From Brevundimonas sp. (GTDB taxonomy: Bacteria; Pseudomonadota; Alphaproteobacteria; Caulobacterales; Caulobacteraceae): a DNA stretch of 64,000 nucleotides. The DNA is taken from the NCBI RefSeq assembly GCF_003248965.1, contig NZ_QFQU01000013.1; one strand, written 5' to 3'. Every line of letters begins with the position of its first letter. Position 1 is the first letter of the stretch. This document shows positions 50,958 to 61,060 of the stretch, piece by piece. Position numbers and translations under genes: made by a program. The notes beneath the pieces were generated by a model, which was not told where the DNA came from, made no database searches, and saw nothing but the letters and a program-made list of their open reading frames with translations.

Positions 50958-53177
50958 ATGCCCCCCATCTATCCAGTCATCATGTGCGGCGGCTCCGGCA
51001 CGCGACTCTGGCCCGCGTCTCGTCCCTCGCTTCCCAAGCAGTTCATCCCTCTGGCCGGCAACCGCTCCCTGTTTCAGGAGACTGTGGCCCGCGTCTCGGC
51101 TCTGGCGGAAGGCGGCGGATCCTTGGTCGTCGTCGGCGGCGTGCGGCACAAGCGCGCGATTCTCGATCAGCTAGACGAAATCGGCGCATCGGCTGTTATT
51201 CTTCTGGAGCCTGAAGGTCGAGACTCCTCCGCCGCCATGGCCGCAGCAGCGCTCTGGACCACCCGCCAGACGCCCGACGCGGTTACACTGTTCGTCGCAT
51301 CAGACCATCATATTCCTGATGACCTGGACTTCAGGACAGCGGTCAAGGAAGCGGCTGTCGCAGCGGCCGAAGGGCGCATCGTGACGCTTGGCGTCGTGCC
51401 GACCGCACCCTCGTCGGCTTATGGATATATTGCGCCCTCTGGCGACGGCTTGTCGCCAGTCGCCGCCTTTGTGGAAAAGCCGGACGCAACGACCGCACAG
51501 CGGTACATAAATGAAGGCTATCTCTGGAACAGCGGCAATTTCATCGTTCGCGCAGATGTCCTGGCGACGGAAGTGGCGGAACACGCGTCCGCCGTGGCCG
51601 AAGCTGTGAAGGCAGGCCTGGACGAGGCCAAGACCGAAGGCCCTTGCCTCACCCTGGGCGCGAGCTTCTTGTCCGCGCCCAAGATCTCGATCGACTATGC
51701 GGTCATGGAGAAGACCACGCACGCCTCGGTCCTGCCGGTCCGTTTCGCCTGGTCCGACCTGGGCGCTTGGGATGCCGTCCATGCCTCGGGTGAAGGCGGC
51801 GTGGGCCTGCACGTCCTCGAAGACTCCGAAGGTTGCCTGATCCGCGCCTGCGACGGGGTTATGGTCGCAGCGATCGGCCTGCAGGACGTCGGCATCGTGG
51901 TGGAGCGTGACGCCGTACTCGTCACCGCTCTGAAAAAGAGCCAGGATGTTAAGAAGGTAGTTGAGCGTCTGCGGACCCTATCGCCACAGCATCTGGACTT
52001 CTCCGCGCCTCCGCCGGCTGAATCGCTGCAGGATGGGGCGGTCCGCTTCACCGCCTGGATGCGGCAATCGGCCCTGCCGACCTGGGCGACTCTGGGCCAG
52101 GACGCCGATGGCGGCTTCCAGGAATTGTTGGCCCTGGATGGTCGCCATATCCGATCGTCGCGCCGCGCCCGGGTCCAGGCGCGCCAGTTGCAGGTTTATG
52201 CGGACGCCGGACGACAAGGCTGGGCCGGACCTTGGCGCGCCGTCATCGACAAGGGGCTGGAACGGCTGCGCGCCGCCTATCTTCGGCCGGATGGGCAGAT
52301 GAGGACTCTGCTCGACGCCGACGGCCGCCCTCAGGACGAAACGGCCATGGTCTATGATCAGGCCTTTTTCCTCTTCGCCCTGGCCAGCGTGGCGCGCGCA
52401 ACGGCGCGGATGGACCTCGAAGATGAAGCCGCAGGCGTGCTGAACCATCTGCTCCAGCGCGCGGACGCCGCCGGCGGGCTCAGAGAGTCCGGCGATCATC
52501 CCTATCAATCCAACGCCCACATGCATCTGCTTGAAGCCGCACTGGCTTGGGAAGAGGCTGGCGGCGCCCCGCGATGGACCGAAACCGCGGATCGGATCGT
52601 ACGGCTGGCGCAAACGCGCTTCATCGACGCAGACACCGGTGCACTGCGCGAGTTCTTCGACGCCGGCTGGGCGCCCGCTCCGGGAGAAGCTGGCCGACTG
52701 GTCGAACCAGGACACCAATTCGAATGGGCCTGGTTGATGGCGCGCTACGGCCGAAGCCGTAACGACCAAGGCGCGCTCGACAGCGCCCGGAGGCTGTACG
52801 CGGCGGGCTTGAAGGGTGTGGACCGCAAACGCGGCGTCGCAATGGACGCCCTGACCATCACCGGCGGCATACAGAGCGCACGGGCCCGACTGTGGCCCCA
52901 GACCGAATGGCTCAAGGCGGCGTGCATTCTGGCGACGATGAGCGAAGATGGTCAACGGGACCAGTGCCTGGATCAAGCGTCCCAAGCTTCCCACGCATTG
53001 TGGCGTTATCTGACGCCTCAAGGCCTATGGCGGGACAAGATGCTGGAGACCGGCGAGTTCATCGACGAACCAGCGCCTGCGAGTTCGCTCTATCACATCA
53101 TGGCCGCTTACGTTCAGGTACGAGACACGCTGAACTTCCTATACGGGCGCGACGATCGATCCCTGCAACTGGCGTGA
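50958..53177 (+). CDS. mannose-1-phosphate guanylyltransferase fused to AGE-family epimerase/isomerase
   Basis: N-half: GGSGTRLWP..PKQF, FVEKP, WNSG, SIDYAVMEK, WSDLG. C-half: RARVQARQ, NAHMHLLEA, EPGHQFEW, LWPQTE, SSLYHI. Confidence 0.88.
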   Translation: MPPIYPVIMCGGSGTRLWPASRPSLPKQFIPLAGNRSLFQETVARVSALAEGGGSLVVVGGVRHKRAILDQLDEIGASAVILLEPEGRDSSAAMAAAALWTTRQTPDAVTLFVASDHHIPDDLDFRTAVKEAAVAAAEGRIVTLGVVPTAPSSAYGYIAPSGDGLSPVAAFVEKPDATTAQRYINEGYLWNSGNFIVRADVLATEVAEHASAVAEAVKAGLDEAKTEGPCLTLGASFLSAPKISIDYAVMEKTTHASVLPVRFAWSDLGAWDAVHASGEGGVGLHVLEDSEGCLIRACDGVMVAAIGLQDVGIVVERDAVLVTALKKSQDVKKVVERLRTLSPQHLDFSAPPPAESLQDGAVRFTAWMRQSALPTWATLGQDADGGFQELLALDGRHIRSSRRARVQARQLQVYADAGRQGWAGPWRAVIDKGLERLRAAYLRPDGQMRTLLDADGRPQDETAMVYDQAFFLFALASVARATARMDLEDEAAGVLNHLLQRADAAGGLRESGDHPYQSNAHMHLLEAALAWEEAGGAPRWTETADRIVRLAQTRFIDADTGALREFFDAGWAPAPGEAGRLVEPGHQFEWAWLMARYGRSRNDQGALDSARRLYAAGLKGVDRKRGVAMDALTITGGIQSARARLWPQTEWLKAACILATMSEDGQRDQCLDQASQASHALWRYLTPQGLWRDKMLETGEFIDEPAPASSLYHIMAAYVQVRDTLNFLYGRDDRSLQLA

Positions 53178-53268
53178 CGCAGCGTCGAGCAAGGACCGTC
53201 TCGCCATCGTCATTCGAAGCGGCTAGAAGTTTCGCCCTTACTCAACGGCTCAGGGTCCGCCCGCCTCA

Positions 53269-54354
53269 ATGCGCATCGTTCTGGCCACCGACGCCTGGGA
53301 ACCTCAGGTCAACGGCGTCGTCCGCACCCTGACCCGCACCGTGGCGGAATGCCGGGCCATGGGGCACGAGGTCGAGGTCATCGAGCCCAGCCTGTTCAAG
53401 ACCATCCCCTGCCCCACCTATCCGGAAATCCGGCTGGCCCTGGGCGCCGAGGAGGAGATCCGCGAGATGCTGCGCGCCTTCGAGCCTGAGGCCGTGCATA
53501 TCGCCACCGAAGGCCCCATCGGCATCGCCACGCGCCGCATCTGCGTCGAATGGAAATTGCCGTTCACCACCAGCTACCACACCAAATTCCCCGAGTACGT
53601 CTCGGCACGGTTCCCGATCCCGGTCCAGGTCGGCTACGCCTATATGAAATGGTTCCACAAGCCGTCGGGCCGGCTGATGGTGGCGACACCCACCCTGCGC
53701 GACGAACTGGTCGAGCACGGATTCAAGAACGTCTCGCCCTGGTCGCGCGGCGTCGATACCGCAGTGTTCAACCCGGACCTGAAGCCGATCTACGATGAAC
53801 TGGGCGGCAAGGACTGGCCCAGGCCCTTCTTCCTGAACGTCGGCCGGGTGGCGGTCGAGAAGAACATCGAATCCTTCCTCCAACTGGACCTGCCCGGCAC
53901 CAAGATCGTCGTCGGCGACGGTCCGGCGCGCGCGGAGCTTCAGGAGAAATATCCCGAGGCCAAGTTCCTGGGCGCCAAGTTCGGCGACGACCTGGCCCGC
54001 TGTTTCCGCGACGCCGATGTCTTCGTCTTCCCCAGTTGGACCGACACCTTCGGCCTGGTGATCCTGGAGGCGATGGCCACGGGCACGCCCGTCGCCGCCT
54101 ATCCGGCCCACGGCCCCATCGACATCATTCCGGGGTCGAATGCGGGGGCGATCGACAAGGACCTGCGAACCGCCTGTCTGGCCTGCCTCGATCTGGATCG
54201 AAAGGCGGTGCGCGCCTATGCTGAGAAGTTCAGCTGGCGCGCCTCGGCCGAGCAGTTCGTCGAGAACCTGCAGCCCTATCCCGAACCGGAGAGGGGCCGC
54301 TTCTGGCGTCGCCTGCGCCGCATCGCCCGCATCCGCAAGCGCGCCGCGGCCTGA
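53269..54354 (+). CDS. glycosyltransferase family 4 protein
   Basis: MRIVLATDAWEPQVNGV, HIATEGP, YHTKFPEY, GRVAVEKN, DTFGLVILEAMA. Confidence 0.92.
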   Translation: MRIVLATDAWEPQVNGVVRTLTRTVAECRAMGHEVEVIEPSLFKTIPCPTYPEIRLALGAEEEIREMLRAFEPEAVHIATEGPIGIATRRICVEWKLPFTTSYHTKFPEYVSARFPIPVQVGYAYMKWFHKPSGRLMVATPTLRDELVEHGFKNVSPWSRGVDTAVFNPDLKPIYDELGGKDWPRPFFLNVGRVAVEKNIESFLQLDLPGTKIVVGDGPARAELQEKYPEAKFLGAKFGDDLARCFRDADVFVFPSWTDTFGLVILEAMATGTPVAAYPAHGPIDIIPGSNAGAIDKDLRTACLACLDLDRKAVRAYAEKFSWRASAEQFVENLQPYPEPERGRFWRRLRRIARIRKRAAA

Positions 54355-54414
54355 AACCGCGTCCCAGAATTCTCGCTGCACATTGGCGCAAGACCACTTC
54401 CCGAAGGACATCCA

Positions 54415-55914
54415 ATGCTGAAACCTCGCCAGGATCTGACCCCGAACACGGCCGCCTATGAAACCCAGGCGCTGGTCAAACCGACGGGGTTCCGCGAGTA
54501 CGATGCGCGCTGGATTCTGGAGAAAGAAATCAATCTCCTCGGCATTCAGGCGCTGGGCCTCGGTCTGGCGACCTATGTGCACGAAATCGGCGTCCGGCCG
54601 CGCATCGTCGTCGGTCATGATTTTCGCGGCTATAGCCTCAGCGTCAAACAGGCCCTGATCATCGGCCTGATGGAGGGCGGAATGGAGGTTCTGGACATCG
54701 GTCTGGCCCTGTCGCCCATGGCCTATTTTGGCCAGTTCGAACTGGACGCCCCCTGCGTCGCCATGGTCACGGCCAGCCATAACGAGAACGGCTGGACCGG
54801 GGTGAAGATGGGGGCGAACAAGCCCCTGACCTTCGGCCCCGACGAAATGGGCCGCCTGAAGGAGATCGTGCTGGGCGGTCAGGGCGTGGCCCGCGACGGC
54901 GGCAGGCTGGTGCGCATCGACGACTTCCGCGAGACCTATATCGCCGATGTGGCGTCAAAGGTTCAGGTGAAACGTCCGCTGAAGGTGGTGTGCGCCTGCG
55001 GCAACGGCACGGCCGGCGCCTTCGCGCCCGAAGCTCTGCGCCGCATGGGCGTCGAGGTGATCGAGATGGACACCGACCTCGACTACACCTTCCCCAAATA
55101 CAACCCGAACCCCGAAGACCACGCCATGCTGGTGCAGATGGCCCAGCGGGTGAAGGAGACGGGCGCCGACCTGGCCCTGGGCTTCGACGGCGACGGCGAC
55201 CGCTGCGGGGTGGTGGACGACACGGGCGAGGAGATCTTCGCCGACAAGATCGGCCTGATGCTGGCCCGCGACCTGTCCAGGGTCCACCCCGGCTCGACCT
55301 TCGTCGTCGATGTGAAGTCGACCGGCCTGTACAAGACCGACGAGGTGCTGAAGGCCAACGGCGCCGAGGTCGTCTATTGGAAGACGGGCCATTCCTACAT
55401 CAAGCGCAAGACCGCCGAACTGGGCGCCCTGGCCGGGTTCGAGAAGTCGGGCCACTTCTTCATGGCCGGCGATCTGGGCCATGGCTACGACGACGGTCTG
55501 GTCGCGGCCGGCGCGGTTCTGGCCATGCTGGACCGCAATCCGGACAAGAAGCTCTCGGAACTGAAGTCCGCCCTGCCGGACGCCTGGACCAGCCTGACCA
55601 TGTCGCCGCATTGCGATGACGAACTGAAGTACGGGGTGCTGGAGCGGATCGTGAAGGAATATTCCGATCTGGCCGCCGCCGGGGGCGAAATCCTGGGCCG
55701 CAAGATCATCGAGGCCATCACCGTCAACGGCGTGCGCGAGCATCTGGACGACGGTTCATGGGTCCTGGTCCGCGCCTCGTCCAACAAACCCGAACTGGTC
55801 GTGGTGGTCGAAAGCATGCGCAGCGAAGACGACATGCGGGACCTGTTCCGCAAGGAGATCAAGCCGCGCCTGGCCGCCTATCCCGAAATCGGCGCCTTCA
55901 ATCAGGAAATCTGA
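54415..55914 (+). CDS. phosphomannomutase/phosphoglucomutase
   Basis: FREYDAR, TASHN, FDGDGDR, GFEKSGH, VRASSNKP. Confidence 0.94.
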   Translation: MLKPRQDLTPNTAAYETQALVKPTGFREYDARWILEKEINLLGIQALGLGLATYVHEIGVRPRIVVGHDFRGYSLSVKQALIIGLMEGGMEVLDIGLALSPMAYFGQFELDAPCVAMVTASHNENGWTGVKMGANKPLTFGPDEMGRLKEIVLGGQGVARDGGRLVRIDDFRETYIADVASKVQVKRPLKVVCACGNGTAGAFAPEALRRMGVEVIEMDTDLDYTFPKYNPNPEDHAMLVQMAQRVKETGADLALGFDGDGDRCGVVDDTGEEIFADKIGLMLARDLSRVHPGSTFVVDVKSTGLYKTDEVLKANGAEVVYWKTGHSYIKRKTAELGALAGFEKSGHFFMAGDLGHGYDDGLVAAGAVLAMLDRNPDKKLSELKSALPDAWTSLTMSPHCDDELKYGVLERIVKEYSDLAAAGGEILGRKIIEAITVNGVREHLDDGSWVLVRASSNKPELVVVVESMRSEDDMRDLFRKEIKPRLAAYPEIGAFNQEI

Positions 55915-55986
55915 GACTTAAGGCCCATTCGACTGAACCAATCCGGGTCCAGACCGCTTCTTTCCCGCAGACGGTCGGAGGATGGA

Positions 55987-56250
55987 TTGCCTCGCTACTT
56001 TTTCCATACCCAGAACGGGGACGTCGTCCGGGACGATCAGGGCGAGGAGTTGCACGGGGTCGAGGCGGCGCGCGAGGAGGCGGTTGCGGTCCTTGGCGAA
56101 ATTCTGCGTTATCGGGGCGCGGCCTTCTGGGCGACGCGCCGATTCAGCGTCGTCGTGACCGACGACGCGGGACGAACGGTGGTCAGCATCACCGCCGCCG
56201 CGTCCGACAGCCCGCCCGAGGACTGGAGCGTGTCGGAGACGCCGCGATGA
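55987..56250 (+). CDS. DUF6894-like small protein
   Basis: MPRYFFH...DDQGEEL..VEAAREEA...VTDDAG pattern; GGAGG RBS, TTG start. Confidence 0.75.
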   Translation: MPRYFFHTQNGDVVRDDQGEELHGVEAAREEAVAVLGEILRYRGAAFWATRRFSVVVTDDAGRTVVSITAAASDSPPEDWSVSETPR

Positions 56251-56990
56251 CCGAGACCCGCGCAACCCCCCGCGTACAGACTCTGGTGGACAAGCTGAGC
56301 CTGCGGGACCGGCTGTCGGACGAGGAGGTCGCCGCCCTGGATAAGGCGCTGGAACCGCCGCGCTCCGTCCCCGCCGGAGCAGACATCGTACGCGAGCACA
56401 CCCGGCCCTCGGCCAGCACGCTTCTGATCTCGGGCTTCTCGGCCCGCTATTCCACATTGGAAGACGGTTCGCGCCAGATCACGGAGATCAATGTATCGGG
56501 GGATTTCATCGATCTGCACAGCCTGCTGATGAAGCAGATGGATCACGGGGTCGTGGCCCTGACGGACTGCGTGACAGCCAATGCCCCGCACATCCGCCTG
56601 ATCGACATCACCGAGCGCCATCCGCACCTGGGGCGTCTGTTGTGGCTGGACACCATCATCGACGCCGCCATCCACCGACAATGGCTGGTGGCCATGGGCC
56701 GGCGCAGCGGCCTGAGCCATCTGGCCCATCTGGTGTGCGAACTCTACCTGCGTCTGCAGGCGGTGGGACAGACGGGCGATCTGAGTTTCGACCTGCCCCT
56801 CACACAGAACATTCTGGGCGACGCCCTGGGCTTGTCCGCCGTCCATGTCAGCCGGCTGATCTCCGAACTGCGGGCCGAGGGCGTGGTCCAGTGGTCGGGC
56901 GGCCGGATCGACATCCTGGACTGGCGCCGCCTGGCCGAGATCGCCGAATTCGACCCCACCTATCTGCGCCTGCAGAGCGAGCCGGTCTGA
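56247..56990 (+). CDS. Crp/Fnr family transcriptional regulator
   Basis: cNMP-binding-like domain (GSRQIT..GDFIDLH), LPLTQNILGDALGLSAVHVSR HTH; ATGA overlap. Confidence 0.9.
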   Translation: MTETRATPRVQTLVDKLSLRDRLSDEEVAALDKALEPPRSVPAGADIVREHTRPSASTLLISGFSARYSTLEDGSRQITEINVSGDFIDLHSLLMKQMDHGVVALTDCVTANAPHIRLIDITERHPHLGRLLWLDTIIDAAIHRQWLVAMGRRSGLSHLAHLVCELYLRLQAVGQTGDLSFDLPLTQNILGDALGLSAVHVSRLISELRAEGVVQWSGGRIDILDWRRLAEIAEFDPTYLRLQSEPV

Positions 56991-57042
56991 CCGCTTAACC
57001 CATGTTATCGCGCACGGCGGCGCTTCGCGATCTAGACGCCGC

Positions 57043-57690
57043 ATGCCGACGTCCCATCTGGTCCCCTCGCTTCTGTCCATCCTGGCCGTCCAGGGTCTGG
57101 ACGAGGGCGACGCCCGCCCCGCCCTGCCCGGCGCCCATACGCTGGCCGAAGCCGAGGGCGAGCCGCTGATCACCTTCATCCTGGGCGGCGTGGCGGCCCG
57201 CCTGGGGCGCCACGCCGCCCTGTCGCAGGGGTTGGCGGGGCCGGAGGAACTGATCAATTTCGACGCCGTGCTGCGCCGGGGGCCGGCCGAGACCGCCATA
57301 TGGTTGACGCCGGGCCGGTTTCTGACCGTGTCGGCCCAGCGTCTGGTCGACAGGATCGACGGCGCGACTCTGATCGACGCCGCCCTGGCCGACCTACGGC
57401 GCAGAAACGCTGCCCTGGAAGCCGAACTGAGGCGTCACGCGGGTCTGAAGGTCGAGCAGCGTCTGGCCGCCCTGATCCTGAACGTGCACGACCTGGGCGG
57501 CGGCGACGTCCTGGCCCTGAGGCAGAGCGACCTAGCCGATCTGATGCAGGTGCGCCGGGCCAGCATCTCGGGCGCCTGCGCCGCCCTGGACGAAATCGGC
57601 GCGATCCGCCTGCGCCGCGGCGCCCTGGAAATCGTCGATCCCGAAATCCTGCGCCGGATCGGCGATCCGCAGCCCGTCACTCCACCGTGA
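57043..57690 (+). CDS. Crp/Fnr family regulator, divergent sensor domain
   Basis: VEQRLA, LRQSDLADLMQVRRASIS HTH, RRGALEIVD. Confidence 0.7.
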   Translation: MPTSHLVPSLLSILAVQGLDEGDARPALPGAHTLAEAEGEPLITFILGGVAARLGRHAALSQGLAGPEELINFDAVLRRGPAETAIWLTPGRFLTVSAQRLVDRIDGATLIDAALADLRRRNAALEAELRRHAGLKVEQRLAALILNVHDLGGGDVLALRQSDLADLMQVRRASISGACAALDEIGAIRLRRGALEIVDPEILRRIGDPQPVTPP

Positions 57691-59491
57691 CGGACTTGGC
57701 CAGGTTGCGGGGCTGGTCGACGTCGGTGCCCTTCTGGACAGCGGTGTAATAGGCCAGCAGTTGCACCGGCACGGCATAGACCAGGGGCGCGATCAGGGGG
57801 TGGCAGTCCGGGGCGTCGATGCGGCTGATGCCGGCGCCGTGCGGGTCGGGGGCGTTGACCGGCGCGATCATGATGACCGGCCCGCCCCGCGCGGCGACCT
57901 CTTGCAGGTTCGACGCCGTTTTCTCGAACACGTCGTCCAGCGGCGCCAGAGCGATGGTCGGCGTCGCCTCGTCGATCAGGGCGATCGGACCGTGCTTCAG
58001 CTCTCCGGCCGCATAACCCTCGGCGTGGATATAGCTGATCTCCTTCAGCTTCAGCGCGCCCTCCATGGCCAGGGGGAACATGGCGCCACGTCCCAGGAAC
58101 AGGACGTCGTCGGCCTTTGACAGCTCTTGGACCACGGCGCGGATGCTGTCGCCCATGGTCAGGGCCTCGGCGATCAGGCGCGGGCTTTCGAACAGCGCCC
58201 TGACCAGTTCGGCCTCCTGGGCGGCGTCGATCCGGCCGCGCGCCACGCCGGCCGCCACGGCCAGGGCCAGGAGGGCGGCGACCTGGGCGGTGAAGGCCTT
58301 GGTCGAGGCGACGCCGATCTCCGGTCCCGCATGGGTCGGCCACAGCACATCGGCCTCGCGCGCCATGGAGGAGGAATGGACATTGACCACCGCCGCGGTC
58401 TGCAAGCCTTGCGCCTTGCACCAGGTCAGGCTGGCCAGGGTGTCGGCCGTTTCGCCGGACTGGCTGACGGCGACCGCCAGGGTGCGCGGCGACACGGCGG
58501 GCGAGCGATACCGGAACTCCGACGCGATCTCCACGTCGCAGGGCAAGCCCGCCAGCTTCTCGAAAGCATAGCGGCCGATCTGACCGGCGTAGAAGGCGGT
58601 GCCGCAAGCGACGATCTGAATGCGGTCGATGGCGGCGAAATCGACTGCGTTCGTCTTCGCCGTTCCCGTCACAAGATCGAGATATTCGGACAGGGTGTGC
58701 TGGACGCTGTCGGGCTGTTCATGGATTTCCTTTTCCATGAAGTGGCGATACTCGCCCTTCTCGACCAGGGCCGAAGAGGCCGCGACCTGGACGACTGCAC
58801 GGTCCGCCGGCTTGCCCGTCACGTCGAAAATCTGGACGCCGGCCTTGGTCACGGCGACATAGTCGCCCTCTTCCAGATAGGAAATTTTCTGGGTGAAGGG
58901 GCCGACCGCCAGGGCGTCCGAGCCAAGATACATCTCGTCCTCGCCCCAGCCGACGACCAGAGGGCTGCCGCGCCGCGCGCCCAGGATCAGGTCGGCCTCG
59001 CCGTCGATCAGCACCGCCAGGGCGTAGGCGCCGGTCAGTCGGTCCAGGGTGGCCTTGAAGGCCTCCAGCGGCTTCCTGCCGGTCTTCAGCTCGGCGTCCA
59101 GCAGGTGGGCGATGACCTCGGTGTCGGTCTGGCTTTCGAAGACATGGCCCTCGGCGGCCAACTCGGCCTTCAGCTCGGCGAAATTCTCGATGATGCCGTT
59201 ATGGACCAGCGTCACGCGGCCGGCCTTGTGCGGATGGGCGTTGGCGGTCGTCGGCGCGCCATGGGTGGCCCAGCGCGTATGGCCGATGCCCACGACGCCG
59301 TTCAGCGGATCCTCGGCCAGCACGGCTTCCAGATTGCGAATCTTGCCCTTGGCGCGTCGGCGCTCGACCTTGCCGTCGACCATCACCGCGACGCCTGCGG
59401 AATCATAGCCGCGGTACTCCAGCCGCTTCAGGCTGTCGATCAGCCGAGGAACGACGGGTCCGTTGCCGGTGACGCCGATGATGCCGCACAT
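57677..59491 (-). CDS. glmS: glutamine--fructose-6-phosphate transaminase (isomerizing)
   Basis: MCGIIG, LEYRGYDSAG, GHTRWATHG, SQSGETADT, ELKHGP, PRNLAKSVTVE. Confidence 0.98.
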   Translation of the reverse strand: MCGIIGVTGNGPVVPRLIDSLKRLEYRGYDSAGVAVMVDGKVERRRAKGKIRNLEAVLAEDPLNGVVGIGHTRWATHGAPTTANAHPHKAGRVTLVHNGIIENFAELKAELAAEGHVFESQTDTEVIAHLLDAELKTGRKPLEAFKATLDRLTGAYALAVLIDGEADLILGARRGSPLVVGWGEDEMYLGSDALAVGPFTQKISYLEEGDYVAVTKAGVQIFDVTGKPADRAVVQVAASSALVEKGEYRHFMEKEIHEQPDSVQHTLSEYLDLVTGTAKTNAVDFAAIDRIQIVACGTAFYAGQIGRYAFEKLAGLPCDVEIASEFRYRSPAVSPRTLAVAVSQSGETADTLASLTWCKAQGLQTAAVVNVHSSSMAREADVLWPTHAGPEIGVASTKAFTAQVAALLALAVAAGVARGRIDAAQEAELVRALFESPRLIAEALTMGDSIRAVVQELSKADDVLFLGRGAMFPLAMEGALKLKEISYIHAEGYAAGELKHGPIALIDEATPTIALAPLDDVFEKTASNLQEVAARGGPVIMIAPVNAPDPHGAGISRIDAPDCHPLIAPLVYAVPVQLLAYYTAVQKGTDVDQPRNLAKSVTVE

Positions 59492-59647
59492 GCCGCAAGC
59501 TCCGAAAGAAAACAGGGCCGCTTTTGCACTGGCGGCGAACTGGGACTAAGCCACGCAATCAAGCCCCATCGGCCGTCTATGCAATCTTAAGGCGGACCGC
59601 ATCAAAAATGGGGTTTCGGAACGTTACCCGAAATGAAGGACCGATCC

Positions 59648-60997
59648 TTGGGCGACAGAAAATATTTCGGCACCGACGGCATCCGCGGGCGCGCCAACAG
59701 CTATCCGATGACGGCCGAGGTGGCCCTGCGGGTCGGCCTGGCCGCCGGCCGCCTGTTCAACACGGGCGACGACCGCCGCCATCTGGTGGTGATCGGCAAG
59801 GACACCCGCCTGTCCGGCTATATGATCGAACCGGCCCTGGTCGCCGGCTTCGCCTCGGTGGGCATGGACGTGCGCACCTTCGGCCCGGTGCCGACGCCGG
59901 GCGTGGCCATGCTGACCCGTTCCATGCGCGCCGATCTGGGGGTCATGATCTCGGCCTCGCACAACGACTACGCCGACAACGGGATCAAGCTGTTCGGCCC
60001 TGACGGCTACAAGCTGTCGGACGAGATCGAGCTGAAGATCGAGGCCATGATGGACGACGGCCTGGGGCAGGGGCTGGCGGCGTCCAACCGCCTGGGCCGG
60101 GTCAAGCGCATCGACGACGCCCAGGCCCGCTATATCGAGATCGCCAAACAGGCCTTCCCCAAGCGGCTGACGCTACAGGGCCTGCGCATCGCCGTCGATT
60201 GCGCCAACGGCGCCGGCTACAAGGTCGCCCCCACCACCCTCTATGAACTGGGGGCCGAGGTCTTCCCCGTTGGGGTCGAGCCGAACGGGACCAACATCAA
60301 CGCCGACTGCGGCTCGACCCATCCCGAGACCCTGGCCGAGGCGGTCAAACGCTATCGCGCCGACATCGGCATCGCCCTGGACGGCGACGCCGACCGCCTG
60401 ATCGTCTGCGACGAAAAGGGCCAGGTGGTGGACGGCGACCAGATCATGGCCCTGGTCGGGCTGGACTGGGCGCGACGCGGCCTGCTGACCGGCGGCGGGA
60501 TCGTCGCCACCGTCATGTCCAATCTGGGGCTGGAGCGCCGCCTGAAGGCCGAGGGCCTGACGCTGGAGCGGACCAAGGTCGGCGACCGCTACGTCATGGA
60601 GCGGATGCGCGAGGGCGGCTTCAACATCGGCGGCGAACAGTCGGGCCACATCATCCTGCACGACCACGCCACCACGGGCGACGGCCTGATGGCGGCGCTG
60701 CAGGTTCTGGCCGTCCTGGTCGAATCCGGAAAGCCGATGAGCGTCCTGGCCCGCCAGTTCGACCCCGTGCCGCAACGGCTGGAGAACGTCCGCTTCACCA
60801 CCGAAAAGCCGCTGGAGACCGACAAGGTCAAGGCCGCCATCGCCGAGGCCGAGGCCGCCCTGAACGGCCAGGGCCGCCTGCTGGTCCGTCCTTCAGGCAC
60901 CGAAAAACTGATCCGCGTCATGGCCGAAGGCGACGACGAAGCCCTGGTCAAACGTGTTGTGGCCGAGGTGGCCGGCGCCGTGCGCACGGCGGGCTGA
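59648..60997 (+). CDS. glmM: phosphoglucosamine mutase
   Basis: [51 protein letters not shown] start with AAGGA RBS (alternative ATG 59633). Confidence 0.96.
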   Translation: MGDRKYFGTDGIRGRANSYPMTAEVALRVGLAAGRLFNTGDDRRHLVVIGKDTRLSGYMIEPALVAGFASVGMDVRTFGPVPTPGVAMLTRSMRADLGVMISASHNDYADNGIKLFGPDGYKLSDEIELKIEAMMDDGLGQGLAASNRLGRVKRIDDAQARYIEIAKQAFPKRLTLQGLRIAVDCANGAGYKVAPTTLYELGAEVFPVGVEPNGTNINADCGSTHPETLAEAVKRYRADIGIALDGDADRLIVCDEKGQVVDGDQIMALVGLDWARRGLLTGGGIVATVMSNLGLERRLKAEGLTLERTKVGDRYVMERMREGGFNIGGEQSGHIILHDHATTGDGLMAALQVLAVLVESGKPMSVLARQFDPVPQRLENVRFTTEKPLETDKVKAAIAEAEAALNGQGRLLVRPSGTEKLIRVMAEGDDEALVKRVVAEVAGAVRTAG

Positions 60998-61060
60998 AGT
61001 CCGAGCTCGATCGCAGTCCGTCGCAGTCTGGACTGGTCCATTCAGCGCGCCGTTTTCGCT

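Noticed and set aside
55725..55750. NGVREH in PMM where a hydrophobic residue (GVRV) is usual
   Set aside because: A single codon difference (GAG versus GTG); without reads or an alignment I cannot tell polymorphism from error.
59492..59647. glmS ribozyme or riboswitch upstream of glmS
   Set aside because: Short divergent promoter region with no recognisable ribozyme core; that element is typical of Gram-positive bacteria.
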